NCBI GenBank assembly: GCA_038878295.1
Contig: JAVZVY010000012.1
Span: 1-23,594 of the forward strand
Direction of reading: 5' to 3'
Length of the DNA stretch: 23,594 nt
Source: Candidatus Micrarchaeaceae archaeon
GTDB lineage: Archaea; Micrarchaeota; Micrarchaeia; Micrarchaeales; CABMGC01
Position 1 is the first letter of the stretch. Every line of letters begins with the position of its first letter. This document shows, piece by piece, positions 1 to 9,158 of the stretch. The translations under genes and the position numbers were made by a program. The notes under the pieces are model-generated. The model did no database searches, was not told where the DNA came from, and saw nothing but the letters and a program-made list of their open reading frames with translations.

Positions 1-1500
1 CTATCCTATATGCAAAGCAATGGCCCTTACGAACTTTTTGATGAAAATGTGGAGTGGGCTTACATTCTTCTTCACATCCTTTATCATCGGCTTATATCTC
101 ATCTTCTCCTCTGCTGTAAGCTTGCCCTCCTTTACTATCTCAGTCCTCTTGCCATCGACTATCTGGACTTCGGTTTTGCTTATTATCTCTTTCTTCACCA
201 TAGCATACCATTCATCAAGAGTGTTGCCATGTACCTTTATCATCTTCAAAAAATCTTTCATCTTTATCCTCCTCCTACGCCCAGTCCTATCTTCTTCTGC
301 TGCTGGTATCAACGCGGCTTTGTCGCATATTTCAGCTATGTCTGCGGTGGAAAAGCCCATAGTGGCCCTGGCAAGCCTACCAAAGTTTATATGCGCTAGC
401 GGCATTTTTCGTGTATGATAAATGAATGCCTGCCGCCTTGTTTTGTAGTCTGGCGGAGGCATGTATATCGCCTCGCCGAACCTTCCACTTCTTTTCAGAG
501 CCGGATCTATATCCCACGGCTGGTTTGTCGCACCTATTACGAATATTCCTTCTGGGTTCTTTTCTACGCCGTCCATTTCCTGAAGGAATTGGTTCACAGC
601 AAGCCTCATGTATTGTTGGGACTCGCCTGCGCCCTCTCTCTTGGCACCGAGACCGTCTATTTCATCAAAGAATATTATGCAAGGCGTATTCTTCCTTGCT
701 TGTTCGAATATGGCGTGCATGTTTTTTTCAGTATTACCAGCATACATGTCAACGATTTCGTTTACTCTGGCTATTATCACGTTTGAATTTGTCTCGCCAG
801 CTATGGCGTTTACTAGGTAAGTCTTGCCGCAACCTGGAGGACCGTAAAAAAGCACGCCGAGGCCGAGTTTCTTGCCGTATGCCTTGAGAAGCTCCGGTTT
901 CTTTATTGCTAGTATTATGTTGTCGTGTATCATCCTCTTCTCTTTCTCCATGCCTACTACATCTTTGAATGTTAGGCTCGACTTGTACCACTTTGTCTTT
1001 TTTATTTGGCCCTCTACAATCTCGCTCTCCTGAATTTCCTGTTGTGAAGAAGCGGTTGTGCTTGGTTTTGAACTTAATTCGATTTGAGGGCTTGAAGTCT
1101 TGATTTTGAGCTGCTCCAGCCTCGTCTTTGCTTCGGTATAATTAGGATTATTTGAAAGGGACTTTTGGTACCATTCGCGTGCGCCCTCGTAATCATGCTG
1201 GGATTCGCTTATCACGCCCATTATGTAGGGGGCATCGTAGCTGTCTGGCTCGAGGCTCATTACCATCTCAGCGTCTTTTGCAGCCTCTTCATATTTGCTC
1301 AGTATTGCGTATGCTAGCGCCCTGTTGAAGTATGCGCTCGAGTATTTAGGATCTACTTTTATAGCCTGTGAATATAGATCTATAGCTTCCTCAAACTTGT
1401 TCTCTTCGAACATCGCGCCGGCCTTCGTATAAAGCTCCTTAGCCAAAGGGTTGTTAGTGCCGCCCCTTTTGCCCTTGTTTTCGTCGTCCGCCATGAGCAT
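1..1500 (-). CDS. TPR-repeat-containing AAA+ ATPase (single classical-clade AAA module, CDC48/Vps4-like)
   Basis: N-terminal TPR motifs (FEEAIDLYSQAIKVDPKYSSAYFNRALAY...), Walker A GPPGCGKT, Walker B IIFFDEID, pore loop MYAG, SRH ATNQPWDIDPALKRSGRF. ATG at 1500 overlaps the rnhA stop (TGATG); alternative ATG at 1494. Stop TAG at 1-3. Confidence 0.9.
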   Translation of the reverse strand: MLMADDENKGKRGGTNNPLAKELYTKAGAMFEENKFEEAIDLYSQAIKVDPKYSSAYFNRALAYAILSKYEEAAKDAEMVMSLEPDSYDAPYIMGVISESQHDYEGAREWYQKSLSNNPNYTEAKTRLEQLKIKTSSPQIELSSKPSTTASSQQEIQESEIVEGQIKKTKWYKSSLTFKDVVGMEKEKRMIHDNIILAIKKPELLKAYGKKLGLGVLFYGPPGCGKTYLVNAIAGETNSNVIIARVNEIVDMYAGNTEKNMHAIFEQARKNTPCIIFFDEIDGLGAKREGAGESQQYMRLAVNQFLQEMDGVEKNPEGIFVIGATNQPWDIDPALKRSGRFGEAIYMPPPDYKTRRQAFIYHTRKMPLAHINFGRLARATMGFSTADIAEICDKAALIPAAEEDRTGRRRRIKMKDFLKMIKVHGNTLDEWYAMVKKEIISKTEVQIVDGKRTEIVKEGKLTAEEKMRYKPMIKDVKKNVSPLHIFIKKFVRAIALHIG

Positions 1501-1955
1501 CACAATTTAGACTGTTTGCCGCGCAAAGCGCTTTTCCCGTTTTTAATATTGTCAAGCAACCTATTTATTGCTTTGTCAACAGCTGATATGTATCTATTTT
1601 CGCGCCTTACGTTTATGAATTTGCATTCTTCAAACAGTGCGGCAAGCTTCATCGCTTCATTGTTTAGTTTTCGAAGTTCTTGGCTCTTTACTTTGTATTG
1701 CCCATTCAGCTGCTTTATCACTAATTCACTGTCAGAGTACAGTTCAACAGAATTTTTTACACCGAGGTTCTTTGCCGTCCAATCAAGCGCCTTTATTATT
1801 GCTGTATACTCGGCGAAGTTGTTCGTCTTTACGCCATTGAAGATCTCCATGCTTGAAAGTTTTTGGCTGTTTTTGTCTAGAATGAGATAGCCTGAAGCGC
1901 TTGGGCCGGGGTTGCCGCGCGATGCGCCGTCAGTGTAGATATATACGCTCGCCAT
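1500..1955 (-). CDS. rnhA: Ribonuclease HI (archaeal/Ty1-like RNase HI family)
   Basis: YTDGASRGNPG, TNNFAEY and YSDSELVIKQL motifs plus C-terminal AVD; GGAAGG upstream of the ATG. Confidence 0.9.
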   Translation of the reverse strand: MASVYIYTDGASRGNPGPSASGYLILDKNSQKLSSMEIFNGVKTNNFAEYTAIIKALDWTAKNLGVKNSVELYSDSELVIKQLNGQYKVKSQELRKLNNEAMKLAALFEECKFINVRRENRYISAVDKAINRLLDNIKNGKSALRGKQSKL

Positions 1956-2088
1956 TATATCCTTCCTTCAAAGCCTATAAGAAATGCGAATTTTCCTATC
2001 GTTATTGAAGCGCTTTGCGTTCTTATATTTTTTGTTTTGGATAGGGATTTATACTTTTATAGTTTTGTTAAGTAATATTAATGAGTTT

Positions 2089-4338
2089 ATGCCAGAAAAC
2101 CCACAATTGATGACCTTTTTATACAACATATTCGAGCTTAGCGATAAGTATCTGAAGGCTGATGATTTTCTCAACAAGTTCGCGTCAACGCTAAAGGATA
2201 CTTTTGGGATAGACGAGATAACACTTAAGCTGCTTCTGCACGGCAACGATACGATGAGCCCAGCAGAGGAATTCGCAATCAACACAGGCAAGCCGTATGT
2301 AGACAACAGGCTGAGTGGCTATTCAGCTTTTTCGGAGCTAGTAGAGCTCTACAACAAAGGCTTCAAAAGCTGCGCTATTCTGCCGATCACAAATTCAAAC
2401 AAGCCTATAGCGGTTCTGTCGCTGCTTTCCAAATCGGAGGAGAAATTCGGTGAAGATTTGATGAGCGTACTGGCTACAGGCACAAAGCTCGCTAGCTACA
2501 GCGTATCCGCAAACCTTGAGAGAGATAAGAGTTTGGGGCTTGCAAAATATTTTGACGCGGCGTTCAGCTCTGTAATGCCGCAGCTTCTTATCGACAAAAA
2601 AGGATCAATAGTTAAAGTAAACAGGGCTGCCGCCAATCTTCTGAACAAAAGCTCCAGGGAGATAGTCGGTGATAACGTTAAATCAATCCTTAGCGTAGAC
2701 GCAAATATGCTTGCGTCAATAAAATTTGGCACATCGGTGGAGATTTCGCTTGCTAACGACCATTATAGGAAGCTAATGGCTTCTATGAACTTAATAAATG
2801 AAAACCTTATGCACATCCTGCTCAACGAAGTCACAGATTTGAGGATGCTTGAAGCGCAACGCAATCTTTTCACGCACAGCAGCAGTGAAGCGATGCTGAT
2901 GCTAGATGCCAACCTAAATATAAAGTGGGTCAGCGACAACGTTGAAAAAGTATTGAAATGCAGCAAAGAGTCTATAACAGGAAAAAACTTTCTGGACATT
3001 TCCGATGGCGATCGGGATGCTACTAAAAGAATCTTCGAATTCAGCGGCAGCGAATACAATGGGTTCGTAGACTTCAAGTTTGAAAATGATATTGTTGTGC
3101 CTGCCAAGATAACGATAGCAAAGGACAATATGTATGGCTTTTCGTGCATAGTGTCAAACAGGACCTACGAAATGTACGCCGAAAAGATCAAAGATGATAT
3201 AAACAATATTATAGCGCTCTCGAGCGATGCGGTGATAGAAACAGACGAATTCGGCTACATAAAATACGCAAACAAAAGAGCCGAAGGGCTTCTCGGCTAT
3301 TCTGCAAACGAGATAACGGGAAGCGCTGTATCTTTGTTTTATGATCAGGAAAGCCAGGATAAAATAAATGGCGCATTGGCCATAGCAAAGAAGAGCGGCT
3401 ATGCCGGCAACCTATTCGTGAACATGATAAAGAAGAACAGCGAGACCATACCTTTCGAGCAAAGCGTGAGGAGCAGGATAAACGAGAAGGGCTCATTGGA
3501 AGGCTATATCATATTAGGCAAGGAGCTCGCTACAAAAAGGGCTATCGAGGATCTTAAGGAGGCGAATGAGAGGCTTGAGAAGACAGCCGAAAGGTTCAAG
3601 AGCGAAAGCGATCTCAAAACTGATTTCATATACAACATTTCTCACGACCTCAAGACGCCGATAACAAACATAAAGGGTTTTTCGAGGCTGCTCTACAACG
3701 AGGAGTTCGGAAAGCTAAACGACGAGCAGAAGGGCTATGTGAAGATCATACTTGACGAATCCGACAGGCTCATGCAGCTGATACAGCAGATACTCGACGT
3801 AGCGAAAATGTCTTCAGGAAAGATAAAGCTTGATATGCAACCCGTGAACTTTGAGAAGCTTGGCGAGAATCCTAGCATAAAGTCTCTTGCTGAGGTTGCA
3901 ATCGAAAAAGGACTGGCATTTTCGTGGAATGTTGATTTCAACGTTCCCGAAATAAAGGCGGATCCTAACAGGCTCATACAGGTGTTTATAAATTTGATAG
4001 GCAACGCGATAAAGTTCACGGAGCAGGGCAGCATAACCGTAAAGATTTACAGAAAAGGCAGGAATGTTAGAGTCGAAGTGAAGGATACCGGCATAGGCAT
4101 AAGCAAGGAGGACCAGCGCAAGCTTTTCAGGAAGTTTTACCAGGTTCATAGAAAAGACTTGAAAAAGCCAGAGGGCGCAGGAACAGGCCTCGGTCTTTCT
4201 ATAGCAAAGGAAATAATATCCCTGCATGGCGGCAGGATAGGAGTCAATTCCGAAGTAGGCAAAGGCAGCGAGTTCTGGTTCACGTTGCCAATATACGGTA
4301 AAAAGAAAAAGGTGCAGGAAAGGCAGGAGCAAGAATGA
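2089..4338 (+). CDS. Cytoplasmic GAF/PAS-domain sensor histidine kinase
   Basis: H-box ISHDLKTP, N-box NLIGNAIKFT, G1 DTGIGI, F-box LFRKFYQ, G2 GTGLGL. About three PAS-like repeats (VNRAAANLL, VSDNVEKVL, ANKRAEGLLGYS) and an N-terminal GAF-like segment. Start moved from 1984 to ATG 2089 because 1984-2088 is AT-rich and promoter-like (TTTATA at ~2048-2061). Confidence 0.9.
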   Translation: MPENPQLMTFLYNIFELSDKYLKADDFLNKFASTLKDTFGIDEITLKLLLHGNDTMSPAEEFAINTGKPYVDNRLSGYSAFSELVELYNKGFKSCAILPITNSNKPIAVLSLLSKSEEKFGEDLMSVLATGTKLASYSVSANLERDKSLGLAKYFDAAFSSVMPQLLIDKKGSIVKVNRAAANLLNKSSREIVGDNVKSILSVDANMLASIKFGTSVEISLANDHYRKLMASMNLINENLMHILLNEVTDLRMLEAQRNLFTHSSSEAMLMLDANLNIKWVSDNVEKVLKCSKESITGKNFLDISDGDRDATKRIFEFSGSEYNGFVDFKFENDIVVPAKITIAKDNMYGFSCIVSNRTYEMYAEKIKDDINNIIALSSDAVIETDEFGYIKYANKRAEGLLGYSANEITGSAVSLFYDQESQDKINGALAIAKKSGYAGNLFVNMIKKNSETIPFEQSVRSRINEKGSLEGYIILGKELATKRAIEDLKEANERLEKTAERFKSESDLKTDFIYNISHDLKTPITNIKGFSRLLYNEEFGKLNDEQKGYVKIILDESDRLMQLIQQILDVAKMSSGKIKLDMQPVNFEKLGENPSIKSLAEVAIEKGLAFSWNVDFNVPEIKADPNRLIQVFINLIGNAIKFTEQGSITVKIYRKGRNVRVEVKDTGIGISKEDQRKLFRKFYQVHRKDLKKPEGAGTGLGLSIAKEIISLHGGRIGVNSEVGKGSEFWFTLPIYGKKKKVQERQEQE

Positions 4339-4349
4339 CTTCAGGTAGG

Positions 4350-5366
4350 CTAAGGCTTATAAGGTATATATGCGCCGCAGAAGTTGTTTATGCTGTTCTG
4401 GAACTGGTACGCTGCATTGAGTTCTGTGTAGTTAAGTCCGAAATACGCGCCGGTGAAGCTCACGTTTTTTGGCGTTCCAGACGAATAGTTAAGCAGTATT
4501 ATCAAAGACGGATTCGGACGTGGCTGGGATTTTGTTAATACAGAGTAGATAACGTTGTAATTTCCATTTCCGGCGCTCGTAATGTTGGTTTCAAGCTCGT
4601 ATGGCGTGTTCATGCTTGCGTTGTAAAATGAGAATGGACCATTAGTAGGAATGCCGTATTTCGACATTGTCGCGTTGTAGACGCTTTCGTTGCATGCCCT
4701 ATCCTTTGTGTAGAGAGTCGCATACTCGCTCATTAGCGTGCCAACATTGAGATTGCCCACGAGCTTCATTATGTTCGCGACAGGGATGGTTGCATTCGCA
4801 GAAATGGTAGTGGTAGGCGCTACAGTAGTAGTTGTTGATGTGGTTGTTGTGACAACGCTGACGGTGCCGTTGTAGATTACGTGCTCGGCCAATATTGCAG
4901 GCAGTATAACCACATTAGGACTCGGCTTTATGGCAAGCCCACTAGATATAGGAGAAAGCGCGATCTTTACAAAAGACGAATTGCTTGATTGAAGGAATAC
5001 GTGGATGTTTGAGTACTTGAGTGCATCTGTGCTCAGATTCGCACCGCTACCAGCAGCTATGAAGGTTGCAACAACAGGCTTACTTAATATTGGTAGCCCG
5101 GTTATGTAGATTACAGAACCGCTTGCTGTTGAGTTTTTTACAAATAGGTAATATGTGCCTTGCGATGATGGTACGTCGAAGTAGATGCCGCTGCCGGCTG
5201 CTATGTTGAAGGTTTCCTGCGATGTTATCAATTGTACTCCATGCATTGCATAGATCCAGTAAATGGCTACGGCAATGATTACCAGTATAACGATTAGAAT
5301 GAAGGTATTTCTAAGCGTGTGCTTGTGCGAGACAGAGCGCAGGTCTTTCTCTTTTTTGTAGAGCAT
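4350..5366 (-). CDS. Hypothetical membrane-anchored extracellular glycoprotein with Thr-rich linker
   Basis: Basic N-terminus followed by a hydrophobic helix (TFILIVILVIIAVAIYWIYAM), a TTTTSTTTTVAPTTT linker and 12 N-X-S/T sequons. SD GGTG lies 5 nt before ATG 5366. Confidence 0.8.
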   Translation of the reverse strand: MLYKKEKDLRSVSHKHTLRNTFILIVILVIIAVAIYWIYAMHGVQLITSQETFNIAAGSGIYFDVPSSQGTYYLFVKNSTASGSVIYITGLPILSKPVVATFIAAGSGANLSTDALKYSNIHVFLQSSNSSFVKIALSPISSGLAIKPSPNVVILPAILAEHVIYNGTVSVVTTTTSTTTTVAPTTTISANATIPVANIMKLVGNLNVGTLMSEYATLYTKDRACNESVYNATMSKYGIPTNGPFSFYNASMNTPYELETNITSAGNGNYNVIYSVLTKSQPRPNPSLIILLNYSSGTPKNVSFTGAYFGLNYTELNAAYQFQNSINNFCGAYIPYKP

Positions 5367-5617
5367 GATTGCACCTGTATGCACCGGTCGAACATTTCGA
5401 CTTCTGGCAACGCCTCAAATACAATGATTATAAAAGAGGAAAAGTATATATGCGTTGCTATGGCTTCGATCCGCTGGATTCGCGACAAGAATGCTTATCA
5501 TTTTGCAATAATGTCTGTTGCGCAGTGCTCTATTTCTATAATAAACGCGCTCATGGCAAAGAATTTAAGAACACTTTACACATACTGATTCTATAAATTG
5601 CAATTTAAGGTTTGCTT

Positions 5618-6274
5618 ATGCACGACTTTTACAGGCTTTACAAAATATTAAGAGGGCATTTTGGCTTTTTGAACTGGTGGCCCGGCGAAACCAAAGACGA
5701 AATAGTAATAGGCGCTATACTTACGCAACAAACCAGCTGGAAAAATGTAGAGAAGGCGATTTCAAACCTGAAAAAATACGGAGCCCTGAGCATAGAAAAG
5801 ATCGCCGCGATGCGCCTTAAGAGGCTTGAGGAGCTGATAAGGCCGAGCGGCTTCTACAGGCAAAAGGCCGCAAGGCTTTTGGAATTCTCAAAGTATGTGA
5901 CGAAAAAACATGGAAGCCTGCAATTGATGTTGAAGACGCCGCTTGAGGATTTGCGCAAGGAATTGCTAAGCCTGAAAGGCATAGGCCCAGAAACGGCTGA
6001 TTCGATAATACTGTATGCGGCTGAAAAGCCGATTTTTGTGATCGATGCTTATACGAAGAGGATTGCAAACCGCGTCTTCGGAATTGGCGATGCCGATTAC
6101 TCGTCACTGCAAGAGCTTATAGAAAATTCTATTAAAAAAGACCTAGAGCTATACAAGGATTTTCATGCGCAGTTTGTTGAGTTGGGCAAGAACTTCTGTA
6201 AAAAGAATCCTATATGCGAAAGTTGCCCGGCAAATGGAATTTGCACGTATTATGCAAAAAACTCTAGAAGATAA
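5618..6274 (+). CDS. Endonuclease III-like HhH-GPD DNA glycosylase with 4Fe-4S motif
   Basis: WWP..EIVIGAILTQQTSW, HhH LKGIGPETADSI, VIDAY, and C-terminal CKKNPICESCPANGIC. TATAAA at ~5592-5597. Confidence 0.9.
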   Translation: MHDFYRLYKILRGHFGFLNWWPGETKDEIVIGAILTQQTSWKNVEKAISNLKKYGALSIEKIAAMRLKRLEELIRPSGFYRQKAARLLEFSKYVTKKHGSLQLMLKTPLEDLRKELLSLKGIGPETADSIILYAAEKPIFVIDAYTKRIANRVFGIGDADYSSLQELIENSIKKDLELYKDFHAQFVELGKNFCKKNPICESCPANGICTYYAKNSRR

Positions 6275-6275
6275 T

Positions 6276-6389
6276 GCCAAACAGCAATATGCTTTCCCAC
6301 CTGTAAGGCAGTATTTCATATCGTGAGCAGGCTTAGCTTCCGAGTTCGAAATGGGTTCGGGCGTTTCCCTGCTCCTATGGCCGTTTGGC
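6276..6389 (-). rRNA. rrf: 5S rRNA (stand-alone, about 114 nt)
   Basis: Minus strand reads GCCAAACGGCCAUAG...CCCGAACCCAUUUCGAACUCGGAAGCUAAG...GGGAAAG...GCUGUUUGGC. Terminal helix I is GCCAAACGGC/GCUGUUUGGC. Confidence 0.95.
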
Positions 6390-6409
6390 GCTATTATTTC
6401 TGCTCGAAA

Positions 6410-6420
6410 GTATAAAAACC
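6410..6420 (-). promoter_or_regulatory. Putative TATA box of 5S rRNA
   Basis: Minus strand TTTTTATA lies about 22-30 nt upstream of the 5S 5' end. Confidence 0.6.
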
Positions 6421-6471
6421 TTATCCTTAGCGCAGGCAAAGAGATTTAAGCCTAGGCTACAATATAGCGTT

Positions 6472-7152
6472 GTGGAAGTTGTATGCATATCTGTCGGGGG
6501 CAGCGTACTTTTTAATGGAGATGATCTAAACGCCAGTTTCGCAGATGAGCTAATTAACACGCTCGCAAAATACAAGAACCTAAAATTTGTTGTGGTGACC
6601 GGTGGTGGTGAAGTTGCCAGGAGGTACATTTCCTATAGCAGGAATTTCGTATCAGATCAGCAGACTTTTGACGAAATTGCCATAGGCGTTACCAGGCTCA
6701 ATGCGATGCTACTGCTCAGCGCGTCGAAAGGCAAAATTGACGCATACCAGAACATCGTAACAAATCTGTACGAAATGAAGGAAGCGATATCAAGGCACAG
6801 GATTGCTTTTTCTGGCGGCCTTTACCCCGGAATAACAACTGACGCGGTAACTGTGCTATATGCGGAGGCTGTCGGTTCAAAGAAAGTCGTGAATATGAGC
6901 AGCGTGCCTTATGTCTATGAAACAAACGACATAAAGCATTCCAAGCCTATAAGGAAATTAGGCTACGACAGGCTCATAGAGATAGCGGCGAAGTACGATT
7001 CCAGGAGCGCAGGATCGAATTTCGTATTCGATTTAGTCGGATGCAAGCTTGCAAAGAGGTCAAACATCAAAATATACTTCGCAAGTGGAGACGTGGCTGA
7101 GCTAAGAAAGATTCTTGATGGCAAGCCCCATAACGGCACAGTGGTCGAGTGA
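6472..7152 (+). CDS. pyrH: UMP kinase
   Basis: ISVGGS, VVTGGGEVAR and PGITTDAV motifs, then FVFDLVG. GTG start at 6472 chosen by homology position; TTTAAG ~25 nt upstream suggests a leaderless mRNA. Confidence 0.93.
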   Translation: MEVVCISVGGSVLFNGDDLNASFADELINTLAKYKNLKFVVVTGGGEVARRYISYSRNFVSDQQTFDEIAIGVTRLNAMLLLSASKGKIDAYQNIVTNLYEMKEAISRHRIAFSGGLYPGITTDAVTVLYAEAVGSKKVVNMSSVPYVYETNDIKHSKPIRKLGYDRLIEIAAKYDSRSAGSNFVFDLVGCKLAKRSNIKIYFASGDVAELRKILDGKPHNGTVVE

Positions 7153-7331
7153 AGAACAGTGATAAGAAGAAGCAGTGGGCGAGATTTGTTCGTTTGAGAA
7201 TTTTATCTAGAAATGAAGCTTTGGGGTAAGAGCCGGCGAGGAAAAAGTTTTAATTAGGATGCCGCCTAAACGCCTATAAAAAAAGTCTATGGCTCTTGGG
7301 AATTCTATAAGCAACATTTTAGATTTGGCAC

Positions 7332-7359
7332 TTGCGTTTTCATGGAAGCCAAAACGCAA
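7332..7359. repeat. Perfect 9-bp inverted repeat upstream of hsp20 (possible operator)
   Basis: TTGCGTTTT-N10-AAAACGCAA. The repeat is seen directly; its function is inferred. Confidence 0.5.
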
Positions 7360-7462
7360 ATTAGTAGCGCTATGGGTGCATATGGTATTTGCTTGTTTCT
7401 TACCGTAAAAAATAAAAATTTTCATCGCTTATATAATATATATATATATTGGGGGTGATTGT

Positions 7463-7912
7463 ATGGTGAAGAGTAGGAGGGAGAGGAGAATGGATATAGT
7501 GCCAGTGAATTTTGACGACTTTTTCAGCGAGCCATTCGAATACATGAGACGACTGATGGGCTACCCAAGGAGATATATAGACACATTCATTAACCGCGTC
7601 CCAGACATAGACATGATAGACAAGGGCAACGAATTGGTGATAAAGGCGGACCTGCCAGGAGTCAACAAAAACGACGTAAAGGTCAATGTAGAAAAGGAAA
7701 GCGTCACAATTTCGGCACAGACATCCAAGGAGAAGGAAGAAACCGGCAAGAATTACTACTATAGCGAAAGGTCGGCTTCAGGCTACTACAGAAGGATTCC
7801 ATTGCCAGCAGCTGTAGATCCGGACAAAGCCAAAGCAACATTCAAGGACGGCCTTCTTGAGATGGTGCTTCCAAAGGCGCCAGGAGAAAGCAAGGAAATA
7901 AAAATAGAGTAG
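7463..7912 (+). CDS. hsp20: Small heat shock protein Hsp20/alpha-crystallin family
   Basis: ADLPGV, SER..GYYRRIPLP and AKATFKDGLLEMVLPK motifs. SD GGGGGTGA upstream. Confidence 0.95.
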   Translation: MVKSRRERRMDIVPVNFDDFFSEPFEYMRRLMGYPRRYIDTFINRVPDIDMIDKGNELVIKADLPGVNKNDVKVNVEKESVTISAQTSKEKEETGKNYYYSERSASGYYRRIPLPAAVDPDKAKATFKDGLLEMVLPKAPGESKEIKIE

Positions 7913-8575
7913 TCAGCTTAGCTTAAGGGCTTCTGTGTTTTTCATTTCTGAAAGTTTCTTCAGCGCTAGATATGTTGCTAGCGCTGAGTTGTAAGCGTTT
8001 TTTGTGCGACCCTTCGAAAAGGTCCACACGTCCTTTATGCCAGCAAGCGAGAGCACAGAATAGACGTTCTTGCCAGCTACTATACCTATGCCCCTTGGCG
8101 CGGGCTTCAGCACAACTTCGACGCTTCCGGCTTTGCCTCTCAAAGTAAGTGGCAGCGAATGCGCCGTGCCGCAGTTGCATTCCCACGAGCCGCAGCCTAA
8201 GATTACCGAAATTATGTTTCTCTTTGCATCTTTGATTGCCATATCTATAGTAGGCTTCACTTCAGTGCCCTTGGCTGTGCCTATGCCGACATGACCGTGC
8301 TTGTCGCCTACTACCACAACAGCCCTGAACTTCTGCTTCCTGTTGTTCTTTGTCATTCTCTGCACAGACCTGACATCTAGAACTGCGTTGTCCATTCCTG
8401 GAAGAAGCGTATCGACAATTTCTACCTCCTTGATCTGCTTGCCCATTGCAAAGATCTGCTCTACACTGGTTATCTCACCGCTTTTTACCATCTTTCCAAC
8501 TTTTGTGCGCGGCTGCCATTCGGCAAGTTCTGTGGCAGCTTGCTCATCACGCGCCTCTTTATTATCGATTTCCAA
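7913..8575 (-). CDS. rps5: 30S ribosomal protein uS5
   Basis: WQPRTKVG, VQRMT...KFRAVVVVGD and archaeal GCGSWEC-x-C...HS motifs. TTG start 5 nt after GGTG. Confidence 0.97.
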   Translation of the reverse strand: MEIDNKEARDEQAATELAEWQPRTKVGKMVKSGEITSVEQIFAMGKQIKEVEIVDTLLPGMDNAVLDVRSVQRMTKNNRKQKFRAVVVVGDKHGHVGIGTAKGTEVKPTIDMAIKDAKRNIISVILGCGSWECNCGTAHSLPLTLRGKAGSVEVVLKPAPRGIGIVAGKNVYSVLSLAGIKDVWTFSKGRTKNAYNSALATYLALKKLSEMKNTEALKLS

Positions 8576-9154
8576 TCATTCACCCTGGCTATTCAGGATT
8601 TTGCTCTTTGTTTCGTCAAACTTCGCTTTGATATTTTCTAGAGCACCATCTTTTATATATGAACTGAACTGTCTTTTGTAGCGCTCGGGATTTGATTCCT
8701 TGAGCGACTTGGCGTAAGCACTGAGCCACCCGCAGTTATATGCGTTTTCGTCTATGCTGAGAGTAGCCCTGAGCTGCATACCGCCGTCAACGAAACCTTT
8801 GGCAAAAGCCGCGCCAACCGAATTCTTTCCGAATGTTGCGAGCCCTGCATCTATTATGAAATTATTTTCCTTAAGATCTTTTGACCTCTTTGCGAGAAGC
8901 AACCCAGTGAGGTAAGCTGTGGGTTTGTTTGCCCTCGCGGGCCAGCCGTATGCGCTCAGCATATCCGAGGTGACAGTTTTGAGGATTGAATCGCCTTCCT
9001 CGCGGTACTTGGCTATCTGCCCTATTATGCGCCTATTTGTCTTTCTAACTATGACTCTAAGCATGCCGCTCTTCACAAGTGCCAGCCTCTTGCTGTAATC
9101 GGTAAGGCCTTCGCGTCTCCTTCTCTGCTTAATGCTGTTTATGCGTTTTTCCAT
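8576..9154 (-). CDS. rpl18: 50S ribosomal protein uL18
   Basis: RRRREGLTDYSKRL, RKTN and AYLTG motifs; expected operon position. Confidence 0.95.
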   Translation of the reverse strand: MEKRINSIKQRRRREGLTDYSKRLALVKSGMLRVIVRKTNRRIIGQIAKYREEGDSILKTVTSDMLSAYGWPARANKPTAYLTGLLLAKRSKDLKENNFIIDAGLATFGKNSVGAAFAKGFVDGGMQLRATLSIDENAYNCGWLSAYAKSLKESNPERYKRQFSSYIKDGALENIKAKFDETKSKILNSQGE

Positions 9155-9158
9155 CAAA

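Noticed and set aside
1984..2088. Hydrophobic N-terminal extension suggesting a membrane-bound kinase
   Set aside because: It is a translation of T-rich divergent promoter DNA; ATG 2089 fits the TATA spacing better.
4800..4856. GTT/GTA/GTG-rich repeat-like tract
   Set aside because: It simply encodes the poly-Thr linker of the 4350-5366 protein.
6385..6471. Long N-terminus of pyrH in the ORF track
   Set aside because: It overlaps the 5S gene and its promoter; homology begins at GTG 6472.
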